Source of the DNA: the human T2T-CHM13v2.0 reference genome, Homo sapiens
Assembly (NCBI RefSeq): GCF_009914755.1
Contig: NC_060940.1
Strand: one strand, 5' to 3'
Length of the DNA: 64,000 bases
This document shows positions 1-16,537 of this stretch, piece after piece. Each line of letters starts with the position of its first letter. Positions within the stretch are counted from its first letter, which is position 1. The notes below the pieces were generated by a model that saw only the letters and a list, made by a program, of their open reading frames with translations, was not told the DNA's origin and made no database searches. Made by a program: the position numbers and the translations under genes.

Positions 1-724
1 TTTCGGTGGGCACTGAAGTGGGAGCTATTGTTGAAGATTTTCCCACACACTGCACACTTGTATGGGCTCTCCCCAGTGTGGATGCGCCGGTGAGCACTGA
101 ACTGGGAACTGTTGTTGAATCTCTTTCCACAGACAATGCACTGGTAAGGCTTTTCCCCGGTATGGGTCCTCTGGTGGACAATGAGGCTGGAACTCTGGTT
201 GAAGCTTTTCCCACATTGCCCACACTGATAGGGCCTCTCCCCTGTGTGAGTTCGTAGGTGGGCAGTGAGGTTGGAGCGCTCACTAAAGCCCTTCCCGCAC
301 TCACTGCACTTGTGAGGCTTCTCGCCTGTGTGGATTCTTTGATGCCGAACAAGATAAGAACTTCGGCTAAAGGTTTTCCCACATTCAGGACATTGAGATA
401 CTTTTTCCAGTTTGAGCGCTGGCTTGTGGGGAGAGTGCACACTCTGAGAGCAGTTTTTCCCACAGAGGATATGTGTACAGGCTTTGTCCCTGGCACAAAA
501 ACTCTGGTGACTCATCTTCTCCTGGGATGGGGTTTTCTCCTCACTCTCCCCTGGAGAATTTCTACATTGCCTTCTTGATGTTGGCTCACTCTCCAAGCCT
601 TTTTGTAGCTCAGAGTGCCAATAAACTCCTCTGGACTTTCTCTGTAAAGCCTTGTTTATTTCTACTTCCTCTGAATCATCCCATTTTAGATTTTCTTTTT
701 TAATCTCGTTCTTGAACTCAAAAC
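1..724 (-). CDS. ZSCAN32: ZSCAN32 last coding exon (C2H2 array), continues past window start
   Basis: Acceptor ttttttcag at 727-725. The open frame reads (G)[16 protein letters not shown]...[130 protein letters not shown]. Four full fingers plus one cut by the edge. Absent from the ORF track because there is no stop in the window. Confidence 0.95.
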
Positions 725-1471
725 CTGAAAAAAAAAAACCCCACAGAAATACAATGGACTATAGAGAAGGAAAACAATGGAATGCAAAGTTATAACTATA
801 CTACGTAGAAGAAATATCTAATTGAAATTCTTCATGTGATTAAGTCTCCTGCTAATTAATAGCTTTTTATTTTCTCATTGTAATATTTTTGAGCTCCAAA
901 TTATTACAGGAAAATTATGCCCTAAACTCCAACTTTTCTCCTATCTTTTTTCGGATGTTCTGACACAATGACAAACTGAGGCAAGACATTAAGCACTATA
1001 TCATCTGCCAGTCTGTTTATAGGTGTACCCTCAATTCTTGAATGTTCTAACTTCTAGCAGCAGAATAACAAAAGGCAACCCTGGGCTTGGCCAGCTCAAA
1101 CAGGAAGAAAGCAAGGTGCTAAGTACCCAGCCAGCATAGGCTCAGGCTGTGAAAGGCAAGGCCATGCTAGAGAAAAAGGGAGAAGATGGACCTGGTCTGG
1201 AGGCCTAACCAGCAGTCTGACAATGCATAGTGAAACTCCATGGGAAAAGATGACATGAACTTAGTTGAAAGAGGTTGGCAAATGCAAAATCAGGGCTGTA
1301 AAATGCAAGGGGAATAACCTTTAACTCCATGAAAACCAAAACTTGGATAGGGTCACACATCAAGATGATGATGATGCCAGGATCAGTGACAGCTCCTACT
1401 CAACTGCTAGGCTAATGGCCTCTAAAGTGGACTTTGCCATCCTTTGACCATCAGAGCCAAGGGAGTCTTAC

Positions 1472-1954
1472 CAAGTCTGTTTGGGAACAGCACTGGCAGG
1501 TCTAGTTTCCTGACTTCCTGGCCAGGATTCCTGAAGTCCTTTTCATCCCTGTCTGCACCATCCACAGTGCCATCTTCTACCTCCGTGGGTTCCCCATTCT
1601 GGTGATTCAGCTCTCCAGCCTCAATATCACTTCCTTCTTGGCCAGGAACAGCATCGCTTGCCATAGGAGGTGCAGAGGCCCAGGAGCCTGAAAGAGCATT
1701 CATTTCCTCATAAAAGATACAAGGCTCAGGCACACGGCCTCTCCTCACTTTGCGGTAACTCAACTGTAGGCTTTTGAACTTGGTGCGACACTGTTCTGGG
1801 GTCCGCAGAAAACCCTGCTCCCAGAGTCCTTCCGCCATGGCCCTGTAGATCTGGCTGTTCTGCTGACAGGTCTGGAGTTTTCCATAAAATTGAGAACTAC
1901 TAAGAATAGCCAGGAGCGTCTTGGTCTCTTCATAGCCCCAGGGCACACCTGTTG
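1472..1954 (-). CDS. ZSCAN32: ZSCAN32 exon encoding Myb/SANT-like DNA-binding domain
   Basis: Acceptor cccccag|CAACAG; peptide (A)[69 protein letters not shown], the motif of ZSCAN20/ZSCAN29/ZKSCAN2-type SANT domains; donor CTTG|gtaag at 1472/1471 in phase with the last exon. Confidence 0.93.
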
Positions 1955-2055
1955 CTGGGGGACAAAGAATAGGTCAATTAGATCTGTCAGTTAGATCATG
2001 GAGGACTGTACATACTGCAGTGTGCAGTTTTGGCAGCTTAAAAAGTTACATCCTA

Positions 2056-3968
<1,913 letters not shown>

Positions 3969-6900
3969 GTTACATCCTGGTTTCTCAAACCGTGCCACAA
4001 CTGGCTATTGTTATTTCTAGGAAGAAATCTCACTGTGGCTTTTTGTCTAAAACATGAAAACTTTTAGTATAATACAAAAGACATTCCCTCCACTGATAAT
4101 GACTTATAGGGTTATTTACTAAAGCTGCCTATTTAATTTCTCGTTAATTATCCTCAATCCTACTCATTCCTCCTGGAGAGGTGGCTGGCAATAAGGGTAG
4201 TGGCTTGCCTGCCTTGACAGTTGTGGGACTTCCTGAGGGTGGCCACATAAGAGGACACAGTGAACAGGTGATACTCAAAGAAAGCAAAGATTCAGGGGAC
4301 AGAGGAGCTGGTTGTAACGATATATCTGCCTGTTCCCTCCCTGATACAGGAATACCTCCTCAGCCAGCCCATCTCTATCTGTTTATATCTCCTGTCATCC
4401 TTGTAGATACAGGAAACTAAATGACAGCAGTTAACACACCAAGGTAAGAATAAGTAGTAAACATCTGAGAAGAGCAGTTCAGGATGGCTGGCTACTAAAT
4501 AACCCTCACCACACACACCTGCTGCCCATCTGGGCCAGTTCATGAGGACCGATTTGACTAGAGCTGTCCCAGCAAGTGCATTCCAACATCTGGTCATGAT
4601 GCTCTGAAGCGCACCAGCCTCTTCTTGTCACCCCCTCTTCTCCACACTGAGCCACCATCACCTCATGCCTGGATCACTGCCATAGCCTATCTGGTCTTCT
4701 TGCTTCCACTCTGGACCTTCTACGGTCTACTTTCAACCCAACAGCCAGAGGGAGTCCCCTCCTTTGTTATTCAATTTAACTAACACTGAGTGCCTACAAT
4801 GCCAGTTTCTGAGAAATATAAATATTACATGAACCCTGCCTTCAAGGAGGTCACAGTCCTATAGAAGTCTCTCCAGCAAAAAGAGACACAAATAAATGTT
4901 TACGTAGAGTTAAGTGCCAAATAAAGTGAAATACTCAAAGTGGTCCTTTTAAAACTATTACTCCTCTGCCCAGAACCGCACAAGGCTCCCCCATTTCACT
5001 CAGAAGAAAAAAGTCCTTCATGTAGGGCCTCATGATCCCATATTAGTACTTCTCAAATTATCTATGAAGGACAGGAGTCTTGTGCTTATTTCTTTTGTAA
5101 AATACAATAAAAATGCAACCGAATAGTGCAGCAGTGTCAAATTGTTATAAAAGTTTCTAATTGCTCCCTCTCAGTCTCAGCTAGCAGCACTCATTTGATC
5201 TGGCTTTCTGAGCTCGTTTTCTCATTACTCATGGGTGTACTCTGTGCCAGTGAACTGGCATGCCCACCTCGCTCCAGCCCAAGTCATTGCGTCTGTCTTA
5301 CACTCTTCCTCCATGTAGGATATGGCTGCATAGCTCATCCCTCCTCCTTCAGCAAGTCTTTTCAAATGTCATTTTCTCAGTGAGGGCGACCCTGAGGACC
5401 CAAACTGAAAACTGCAAACCAACCTCTGCCCTAGCACTCCCATCACGCTGCTCTGCTGCTGCTTCTCTCCCATTGCGCTTATCGCCCTCTAACATCTTCT
5501 GCCGCTTACTGATTATGCTATGGTCTGTCTCTTCCCACAGGGCAGGAATCTTTATCTGTTTGTTCACTGTTGTATCCCTAACGACCTAGAACTAGGTCTG
5601 AGATACTGTAGGCACTAAATTAATATTTGTGGAAAGAATGACTTGTCCTCTCACATTCTGTCTCAACTCTTACCTCTAATTTTAAAGGATCCTCAATGGT
5701 TGACAAGAAACCAAAAGTGTGTGGGGAATACAAGCCCTCATTCAATAAGCCTAATGTTGTAGCAGTTAAAATTACAGGTACCATTACATGAAATATTCAG
5801 AATAGCTCAATCCACAGAGACAGAATGAAGACTGGTGTCTGCAAAGGGCTTGCAGGGGAAGGACGGGGAGAAACTACTGGATGGTTGTGGGACCTTACTT
5901 TGGAGAGATGGAAAGGTTCTGGAACTGGACGTGGTGGTAATTATACAACACTCTGAAAGTGCTAGAGGCCAAAGAATTGTTCACTTTACAGTGGTTAATT
6001 TTATGTCATGTGAATTTCACCTAATAAGTTAAAAATCACAAGTACAAAAATATTTATATCTCACCTTATTGTATTATCCATATATACTTAGTAATACAAA
6101 TCTCAATACAGAGCTCAAAAAGACACTATACTCTCCTGCAACTGGACAGAGATGAGGTGCAGAAGCCTGAAGAAGCAGCAAGAAATGGCACATGATGAAG
6201 CCAGGAAACTGGGAGTTCCTGGCAAAGGAGGGGAGGGATGGCAGGGGCAGAGCAGGGAAAAACCACACACCACTGGGGAGGGCAACATTGTAGAGTGAGG
6301 CGGGGCACTGTCACAGGGCCTGTGTTCACAGCCTTGTGTAGTCCCTCCCACCCTGGGCTTAGCCAGGAGTACCCTGCATGTGAAGCAGCAGAGGAGAAAT
6401 CTAGGCCCAGTGAGCTGCAGTGTCTGTCTCTGAATCTGCATGGTCAGGGAGGCTGCTCTGAGGAGGAGGCATTTGGCCCAGATGGGACAGAACTGATTTG
6501 AGAAAGGCAAGAGAGCGGTCTGCTTGGCAGAACCTTCCCCAAGTGTCCTGAGATGCTGGGAAAGGGCCTGGTTCCTCCCGGAAGGCCTGGGCATAGTAGA
6601 CTGTCCTGGTTGGGTGGTTTTATTTGTTAATCTCCTCTGCCACTGGGGAAACTCGGGAGCGACTACTGCTACCTGTGTGCATGAGCACACATTCAGCATG
6701 AACACATCTGTGCTCCTGGTGGCCACCTGTCTGGCTCCGGCTCTGGACTACTTGTTCTGACTCTGTCTCACTAACATTTTGCTTCTCCACCGCCTCACCC
6801 TTCACCTCCCATGTTCTTGACTGCCGGTCACACATGCTGCCCCTTTCTTTTGATCTCTGCCTGTGTCTCTCTGGCCTGCTCTGGTTCCCCATTTACTTCC

Positions 6901-7020
6901 TCCTTTCCCTCCACCCAACAGTCTCCCCACTCCCTCTGTCTCCCTCCCTCTCAAGTCCTTTCAGCCTCTCTGAACAACTGAACACATCCACCTTGACCTG
7001 GAGGGAAGATGGATCCTTAC

Positions 7021-7144
7021 CCAGCGAGACGTGACTGTCCTTCCTCTGGGTGGCACCCCTGTAGAGGGCCCTTTGTGCAGGGCCTGGGCACATCCATTCT
7101 TGCTGACAGAGGGATACAGCTCTGTTGTCACGCATGGCTGGTCC
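7021..7144 (-). CDS. ZSCAN32: ZSCAN32 exon, degenerate KRAB-A box
   Basis: ttacag|GGACCA ... CTGG|gtaag, 124 nt; [41 protein letters not shown] keeps the [10 protein letters not shown] pattern of KRAB-A. Confidence 0.88.
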
Positions 7145-7433
7145 CTGTAACAACACTGGAGCTGCTGCTACCGATAAAATAGCACCACTCTAGCCTGGGG
7201 TGGGGGCAGAGACAGGATCACAGTTGTCAGATCAGGGGCAAGGCAAAGGCAGGGGAGGTCAGCTCCCAGTGGGACAGGTTCTGAGCCATGTGATGATGTC
7301 AGAGTGGACAGAATCAAAATAACCCGAGAAGCCCCATGGACCACACAGAATCTTTCTCATGTCTCTGGAAAGGAGGAGGGTTTTGGGGTGAGAGTGGGTA
7401 TTCAGGAGACAGAAGGCATCAACCACAGCTCAC

Positions 7434-7528
7434 CTGGGACCCAGCTGTCCAGACCACAGCACCTGTCTCCTGGTCGTGGAGACCTGTGTTTTGAGGCAGG
7501 TTCCTGGGAGCCTGAGGAGCAAGCCAGG
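7434..7528 (-). CDS. ZSCAN32: ZSCAN32 internal exon
   Basis: tttttcccccag|CCTGG ... TCCCAG|gtgagc; (A)[31 protein letters not shown]; phases match both neighbours. Confidence 0.85.
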
Positions 7529-7589
7529 CTGGGGGAAAAAACAGCCGCTATTAGAGGGCGGCTTCCACACAACAGCACAGAGCAGAAGC

Positions 7590-7775
7590 TCTCAAAGTGG
7601 GCTCCTGGGCCAGCCGCATCAGCAGCCCCTGGCAACCCATCAGAAATACAAATTCTGGGGCCCCACCTCAGATCTTCTGAATCGGAAATTCTGGAGGTGG
7701 GGCCTAGGACTCTGTTTTATCACTCTCCCACCTCCGAATGAGTCTGAGGCAAACTCAAGTTTGAGAACCACTGCC
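7590..7775. mobile_element. MER5-type hAT DNA element
   Basis: ctctcaaagtg...cagaaatacaaattctggggccccacctcaga...ggaggtggggcc...gtttgagaaccactg palindromic layout. Confidence 0.7.
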
Positions 7776-8407
7776 AGCGCTCACGGCCTCTGTGAGTTGA
7801 GAAGTTCCTTTCATGAGATTCCTCTTGGCATAAGAGCTTTAATTTTTTTTTCATTTTAAAGAAAAATATACATGTCAGGGAAAAAAAGAGAATCGTAGTG
7901 GGCAAACAAAAATCTCTCCATAGCCCTGCCACCCAAAGATAACCAGAGTACTCTTTAAAATACCACAGTAACAGAAACCCTTCATATTTTTCACACCAAG
8001 ATAATACATTTTTTCTCAAGTCTCCAACTTCAAGAATTGTACAAATATGACTGTGACATCGCTTAAAAATACAGGAAAATTAAAAAAATTGTACAAATAA
8101 AATGAATCATGTCTATGACTTATTAATGGAACTTCAGTGGCAACTCAGAGGTATGTGACCCTTCGGGAGGTGACAACACTCCAGATCTGTGAGTGGCCCA
8201 TGGGCCTGGGAAGAGCGGGAGCCTAGCCTGGAAGGCAGCAAGTCCTGCTTCTCTTTACTTACAGCCCCCTGCTGTCCCAAAGCCTTGGAAATCACACACA
8301 GAGAACACAGGTGTTCCCAAGGATTAAAAGGAAATAAATGCTAAGTGGCAAAGTTTATAAAGATGTTGACAAGAGTATTAACTTTGCTTAAAAAAAAACT
8401 AAAATCA

Positions 8408-9860
<1,453 letters not shown>

Positions 9861-10164
9861 TTCTAAAAAAATTAAGACAAGTAAAAACAAAAAATAGAGC
9901 TCTGGAAGAAAAGCAAAAATAATAAAAATGTATTCTGGAAAAGATTAAGTTGGATGGGGAAGGGGATTTAATGTCTTCAAGTATATGAAAAACTGCTGTG
10001 CAGAAGGTGAAGGTAACCATGTTCACCTTTAATGACACCTGATTCTTTAGTAACAGAATTGTAATAAAAAAGAATTATGCTAACACATAAAGAATCTCTG
10101 TTCCTACTTTAAGTGCTATTACCCTCAACTGAAATTTGTAATCTTGCTTTTGGATATGGAGAGA

Positions 10165-10525
10165 GATATATATATATTTCTATATATATATTTCTATATT
10201 TATATATATATTTCTATATATATATAAATATATATATTTCTATATATATAAATATATATATATTTCTATATATATAAATATATATATATTTATATATATA
10301 TAAATATATATATATTTCTATATATATAAATATATATATATTTCTATATATATAAATATATATATATTTCTATTTATATATATATATATATTTATATATA
10401 TAGAAATATATATATATTTATATATATATAAAATATATATTTATATATATATAAAATATATATATATATAAATATATATATATTTATATATATAAATATA
10501 TATATTTTATATATATATATATATA
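10165..10525. repeat. ~360-bp imperfect (TA)n tandem repeat
   Basis: Nearly pure A/T with recurring unit tttctatatatataaatatatatata; abuts the T-tail of a minus-strand Alu (10526-10796). Confidence 0.97.
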
Positions 10526-10919
10526 TTTTTTTTTTTTCTTTGAGACAGCCCAGGCTGGAATACAGTGGTGCGATCTTGGCTGACTGCAACCTTCACCTCC
10601 TGGGTTCAAGCAGTTCTCCTGACTCAGCCTCCTGAGTAGCTGGGATTACCATGCCCAGCTAATTTTTTGTATTTTTAGTAGAAACGGGGTTTCACGATGT
10701 TAGCAAGACTGGTCTCGAACTCCTGACCTCAGGTGATCCGCCTGTCTGGTCTTCCAAGGTGCTGGGATTACAGGCGTGAGCCAACACGCCCTGCCGGTTT
10801 TTGGATGTATTTCAAAGGCATTTAGTCTGGAACCCTTGGGTGGACTCAGTTCAGACCTTTGTTTCCAGTAAATGATTGTTCCTCACCTGCCTCAGGTGAG
10901 GACAGAGGCTTCTGCTTAC

Positions 10920-11085
10920 CTTCTGACTGTTCCCCTGGTCTTTGGTGTGAGCTCTGTGATCCCTTAAAAGTCGGTTCCTCTGGCTGAACCTCCTGTTTCC
11001 ATTGGGATCTCAGTGATTCTCTGGTTGCTCCCAAAGGGGCCATCTCCTTCATGAGTACTTTCAAGTCCTTCTCAGAATCTAGAAC
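10920..11085 (-). CDS. ZSCAN32: ZSCAN32 post-SCAN linker exon
   Basis: ttctcag|GTTCTA ... GAAG|gtaagc; [55 protein letters not shown]. Confidence 0.88.
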
Positions 11086-11247
11086 CTGAGAACAGACCCC
11101 ATTATCTATCACTACAAATTCCTGCCTAAGCTGGACTTTACAACTCCTAAGAGTGGCATTAAAAAATGTGTAACATAAGGAAGCAGAAGAGAAAAATCTA
11201 GGAGCCACTGTATTGCTGCTGTAATAAAATAAAAATTAATAGAATTA

Positions 11248-11574
<327 letters not shown>

Positions 11575-12571
11575 TTATATGACAGCACCTAGCATAGAGC
11601 CTGACACACCAGAACTGTTAAAAACTGAAATATATTTGTCAGAAGAGAGAATGTCAGCTTTCACTTTAGCAAACCCCCATGACTTCAGCACTAGGCCATT
11701 TCCTCTGCCCCCCAAATCCAGTATCAGTTCTGTCTTCAAAAGAGACCTCGCATTGGTCCTCTCTCTTCACCTCATGGCTCCATCAGGGTCCAGGACACTA
11801 TCTGCTGTCTGCATCCTCTCTACTGCTGGACCCTCCAATCCATTCTCTCTACATGGAACCCAGTGTGATCTTTTTAAAATCTAGAGTCCTGTCCCTCCGT
11901 AGTAACAGCACTCTTCAGTGGCTTCCCACTGCACACAGAATAAAATCCAGACTCCTCTTTGCAGCCTAAAAGGCCCAGCATCATTCTGCCCGGCCTCCTC
12001 CCTTTCTCTCACAGCACTCTTCCCCAGTCTCTGAGCTCCAGCCACAAGCCCTCCCTTCTTCCTCTCAAACCCGCCCAGTCTTTTCCCACCTTAGGCTCTT
12101 GGTATGTGCTGTGCCCTCTGTCTGGAGTACTCTCCTCCCAGCTCTTGGGACAACTGGTTCCTTCTCCTCCTTCAGTGTCACCTCAGAGAAGTCCTGCCTC
12201 ACAGCCTATCTCCCAACACTCCAGTTATCACATCACTCTGCTCATTTCCTTCCAAGCACTCATCTGAAACGATCTTTATGGTTTACTTTTGATTTATGAT
12301 TGTCTGTTTCCCCCATGGACCGCGGGCTCCAGCAGGCCAGGGGCCGTGCCTGTCCTGTTCACTGTAAAATCCTCAATATCAATGGTCACTGAAAATCAAC
12401 TTTTGTCTTTCAGAGCCATCTTCATTCTTTAAGTCCCATGCTTATAACAAACACCCTTAAAGGGAATGAAGAGAGGTACTGAGAGGCAAGTGGGGTCCTG
12501 AGAAATTATATCAACCTCTATTACTACTACCCACCTCCACTTCTTGCTCTCTCCTTCACTTTCATGATAGG

Positions 12572-12922
12572 TAATAAGGTTTGGCTGTGTCCCCACCCAA
12601 ATCTCATCTTCAGTTGTAGTTCCCATAATCCCCACGTGTCATGGGAAGGACCCGGTGGACGTAATTGAATCATGGGGGCAGTTTCCTCCATGCTACTGTA
12701 GTGATAGTAAGTTCTCATGGCTTCCCCCTTCACTCAGTTCTCATTCTTCTCTTTCCTGCTGCCATGTGAAGGAGGACATGTTTGCTTCCCCTTCCGCCAT
12801 GACTGTAAGTTTCCTGAGGCCTCCACAGCCATGCAGAACTGTGAGTCAATTAAACCTCTTCTCTTTATAAATTATCCAGTCTCGGGTATGTCCTTATAGC
12901 AGTGTGAGAACGGACTAATAAA
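12572..12922 (+). mobile_element. THE1-type MaLR solo LTR
   Basis: taataaggtttggctgtgtccccacccaaatctcatctt...cagtgtgagaacggactaata; near-TSD atagg/ttagg. Confidence 0.88.
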
Positions 12923-13079
12923 TTAGGTTTCAAATAGGTGTTTAACCTATACACTCCTGCACTGTTTTCTTTTATATTAAGAGTGTGGGCCGGGCACAAT
13001 GGTTCACACCTGTATTCCCAACACTTTGGGAGGCTGAGGTGGGTGGACTGCCTGAGCTCAGAAGGTCAAGACCAGCCTA

Positions 13080-13264
<185 letters not shown>

Positions 13265-14462
13265 TCAAAAAATAAATAAATAAAATAAACATAAGTGTGA
13301 TTCCGACATGGTTAAGGATAAGAAGAGGAGAGACCATCAAACAGAGTGATGGAAGGGGAACTGGGCTAGGATGACTCTTGGCATACTGGGATTCCCACTC
13401 TATTTATAATAGTTCAGTTCTCCAAGTTCTACCTTCATACAAGTGCTACTGCACCTCTCCATTCAATCTTACTTATGAATAAGAGTCCCAATCCCACAGA
13501 TTTCAGACTAATTTCCTGAACTTCTTCCCTGATGCATCACCATCAAGCTGCTCTTCCCCTCTCTAAATTAAGTCAAAAGTACTAACTCTTCAATCCTACC
13601 AAATTTCATCTATATCCCCCTTCACCCATTCCTCTTCCCACAGCCCGTGCACATCCCTACCTCCTCACTGGGAAACACAAGTATATCTGCTGCCTAGGGC
13701 CTTCCCATTCCAGCCATGCAGACTCTGGCACCCAGCAAGCTGCTTCCTGCTCTGATCACAGACCCACTCAGGCTGACCAACGTTCCTCTGACCTGTGCCC
13801 TCCATTACTCTAGGCCTCTCCCAGACTTACCCAATTTCAGTTGCCTTCCTCCTACCAACTCTTCCACAACCGAAGCTGGTATGTTACTTTTCCTCTTCCT
13901 GTGCCTTTCCCACCTCCCTGCTCCAAGAAAATATAAGCTGGTTACACCAATCAGATCTCAGACCTAGTCCTGACCGTAAGAGGATATTTTATGAATCCAT
14001 CAGTGTCCCAAACTGAACACTTAATCCCGGCATCAAGAACTAGAGCAAGGCCTGGCTCTAATATAATTTTGTTGAGTGTACAACACATGTCACTCTGCCC
14101 TCAAAGAAGCTCCTAGCATGAAACTAGATTTTCATTCACTAGCATCTCTAGTTTTCCTCCATCCCCTGAGTGAAGGAGAGTTGTCCTTTCCCTGGCCTTG
14201 TTTTCGAGAATTTTTCTGAGTGTTTTTACCACCTTAATTAGGGACTTCAAATATTATTAAATATATGAATGTCTAGCAGCTGTATCCACAGATGAGAAAT
14301 TCTTCCCGTATTATAAGGGCATAGGACCAATCCAAGACAGCCAAGACCTTCTGTGGGCAGCAGAGGGCTACTGTGTGTTTCTCAACCAAGCACCTCTCCA
14401 GTAACTGGATTCCCCGACAACTTCATAACCAAAACCACAAAGTTCCGACTTCCTTTTCTCAC

Positions 14463-14828
14463 CTGTTGTCCAGGAGCTCTCTGTACATCCTCAACCAGAG
14501 CCACAGCTTCCTCGCCGTTTTCTGGATGCTGCTCCCTCACCCAGGTCTGGATCTCCTCTGGCAAGATAGTCAGAAACTGCTCCAAAACCAGCAGCTCCAG
14601 GATTTCCTCTTTTGAGTGGGTCTTCGGCCTCAGCCACTGACAACAGAGTTCCCAGAGTTTGCTAAAAGCTTCATGTGGGCCAGTTACCTCCTGGTAGCAA
14701 AACTGCCTGAAGCGCTGACGGGAGGCCTCGGAGTCAGGGCTGTTACCCTGGAGGGCTGATTTCTGGCCCTGTGTGGGATCCTTGTTTGAGGATGGGTGTG
14801 CCTCGGTACTCTTCACTGCAGCCATCAT
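14463..14828 (-). CDS. ZSCAN32: ZSCAN32 first coding exon, SCAN domain
   Basis: ATGATG at 14828; [11 protein letters not shown]...[78 protein letters not shown] is a canonical SCAN domain; donor CAG|gtgag. The exon's acceptor is probably at 15016/15015. Confidence 0.95.
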
Positions 14829-15165
14829 TTGCTTCAACGAACTGGCTTACTCTGGTTGCCACTTCTACCCTGGAGATCAGAGTCCATCTTTCCCACATCA
14901 CTGGGAAGCCATGTTCTCCTGCAAGGAATGTCTTTCTGTAATCCGTGGGACATGAGAGTGTCAGACATGTGTAGAGACTCACAGCGGAAAAAAAGGGCTC
15001 AACTTTGAAGGATGTCTGAAGAGGATGGAAAAAGACAATATAAACCTATCAAACATTCCTTCACTCTGGTTCTTGTGATTTACTTCCTATCCCTTTCCTT
15101 TACTCCCTCCACAAATCTACACCAAGGATCCAAAACACTAGAAATAGATCTAGACCATCCTGGCT

Positions 15166-15855
15166 AACTGCCTTTGCAAAAACCATTAACAGTGAGAAGA
15201 TTATGACACTAAAAGAGATAGGATCTAACCAACTCCATCTTGCTTTTAACCTCCAAACTGCCGTTGGTCATTCCTGGGTGTGGGCCAAGCTAGCTTTGGG
15301 AGAAATTTAGTTTATAGTTTGAATGATAATAACCCTTCCCAAAACTAAACTGCCTTTGTAAAACTAATTAAAGACAACTAGGTTAGGAGGATGAGAGGGG
15401 CCTGAATTCTGCTAAGATGCAGGCATAATGAAATGATTATCCAGAGGTCACAAGATTTGCAACTTCCCCAATTAAATAACATCACGATTGTAGAACCTAA
15501 GATTGGCCTTTTGAGATGCCTCTTCAGGCCTCTGCTTTCTGACAACCAGATGGCTCCACCTAGACCAGGGACTCCTCTGTGGCTCCCACCCAAAATCGCA
15601 CTCAGCACACAAAAACCGTTTTCCACAGCCCTATGAATGCATCCCCAACCAGTCAGCATTCCCTGTTCCCTACCCAACTGCGTGCCAAAGCCCTAGCCTC
15701 TGAATTTCCGGGGAGGCTGACTTGAGTAATAAAACTTTAGTCTCCCATTTAGCCGGTTCTGTGCGTATTAAACTCTTTCTCTATTGCAGTTCCCCTGTCT
15801 TGACAAACTGGCTTTATCTAGGCAGTGGGCAAGATGAACCCACTGGGCAGTTACA
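15166..15855 (+). mobile_element. LTR8-type ERV1 solo LTR in ZSCAN32 intron 1
   Basis: aactgcctttgcaaa...actccatcttgcttttaacctccaaactg...aggtcacaagatttgcaacttcccc...gggcagttaca; subfamily called from memory of the consensus. Confidence 0.75.
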
Positions 15856-16211
15856 GTACCAAAAAATATAGTCTTCTCCCAGCCAAGATTCTGTGTCTGC
15901 TGACGAATTACTCAAACTGTTCCTGACGATATAGTTCACCTGTTCCTTCCCTTCTTCCCTCACACACCTAGGTCTTTTTCCTGTCCTTCCCTATCCTCAA
16001 GAAGCCTGAATTCATGTTCCCAATTGCTACCCTCTCCTCGGGGGAGAACTGGTGTGTGTGTGCTTCTTGATTAACTTCTTCATTACTATTACTCCACACA
16101 CACACAACGTGGATAAGTGACTGTTCGGGTTTGCTGTATGTTTTTATTTTCCAGCATTCCTTTCCCACTTCTAGTAGCAGCATCTTCTTCCTTTGTGAAA
16201 AAGTCCCCCTC

Positions 16212-16537
<326 letters not shown>

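Noticed and set aside
6-578. Plus-strand ORFs 6-257 and 258-578 with periodic sequence
   Set aside because: Antisense shadow of the ZSCAN32 zinc-finger repeats.
6115-6726. 203-aa minus-strand ORF in ZSCAN32 intron; possible KRAB-B or second SANT relic
   Set aside because: No convincing domain motif or splice signals, and the spliced CDS is complete without it.
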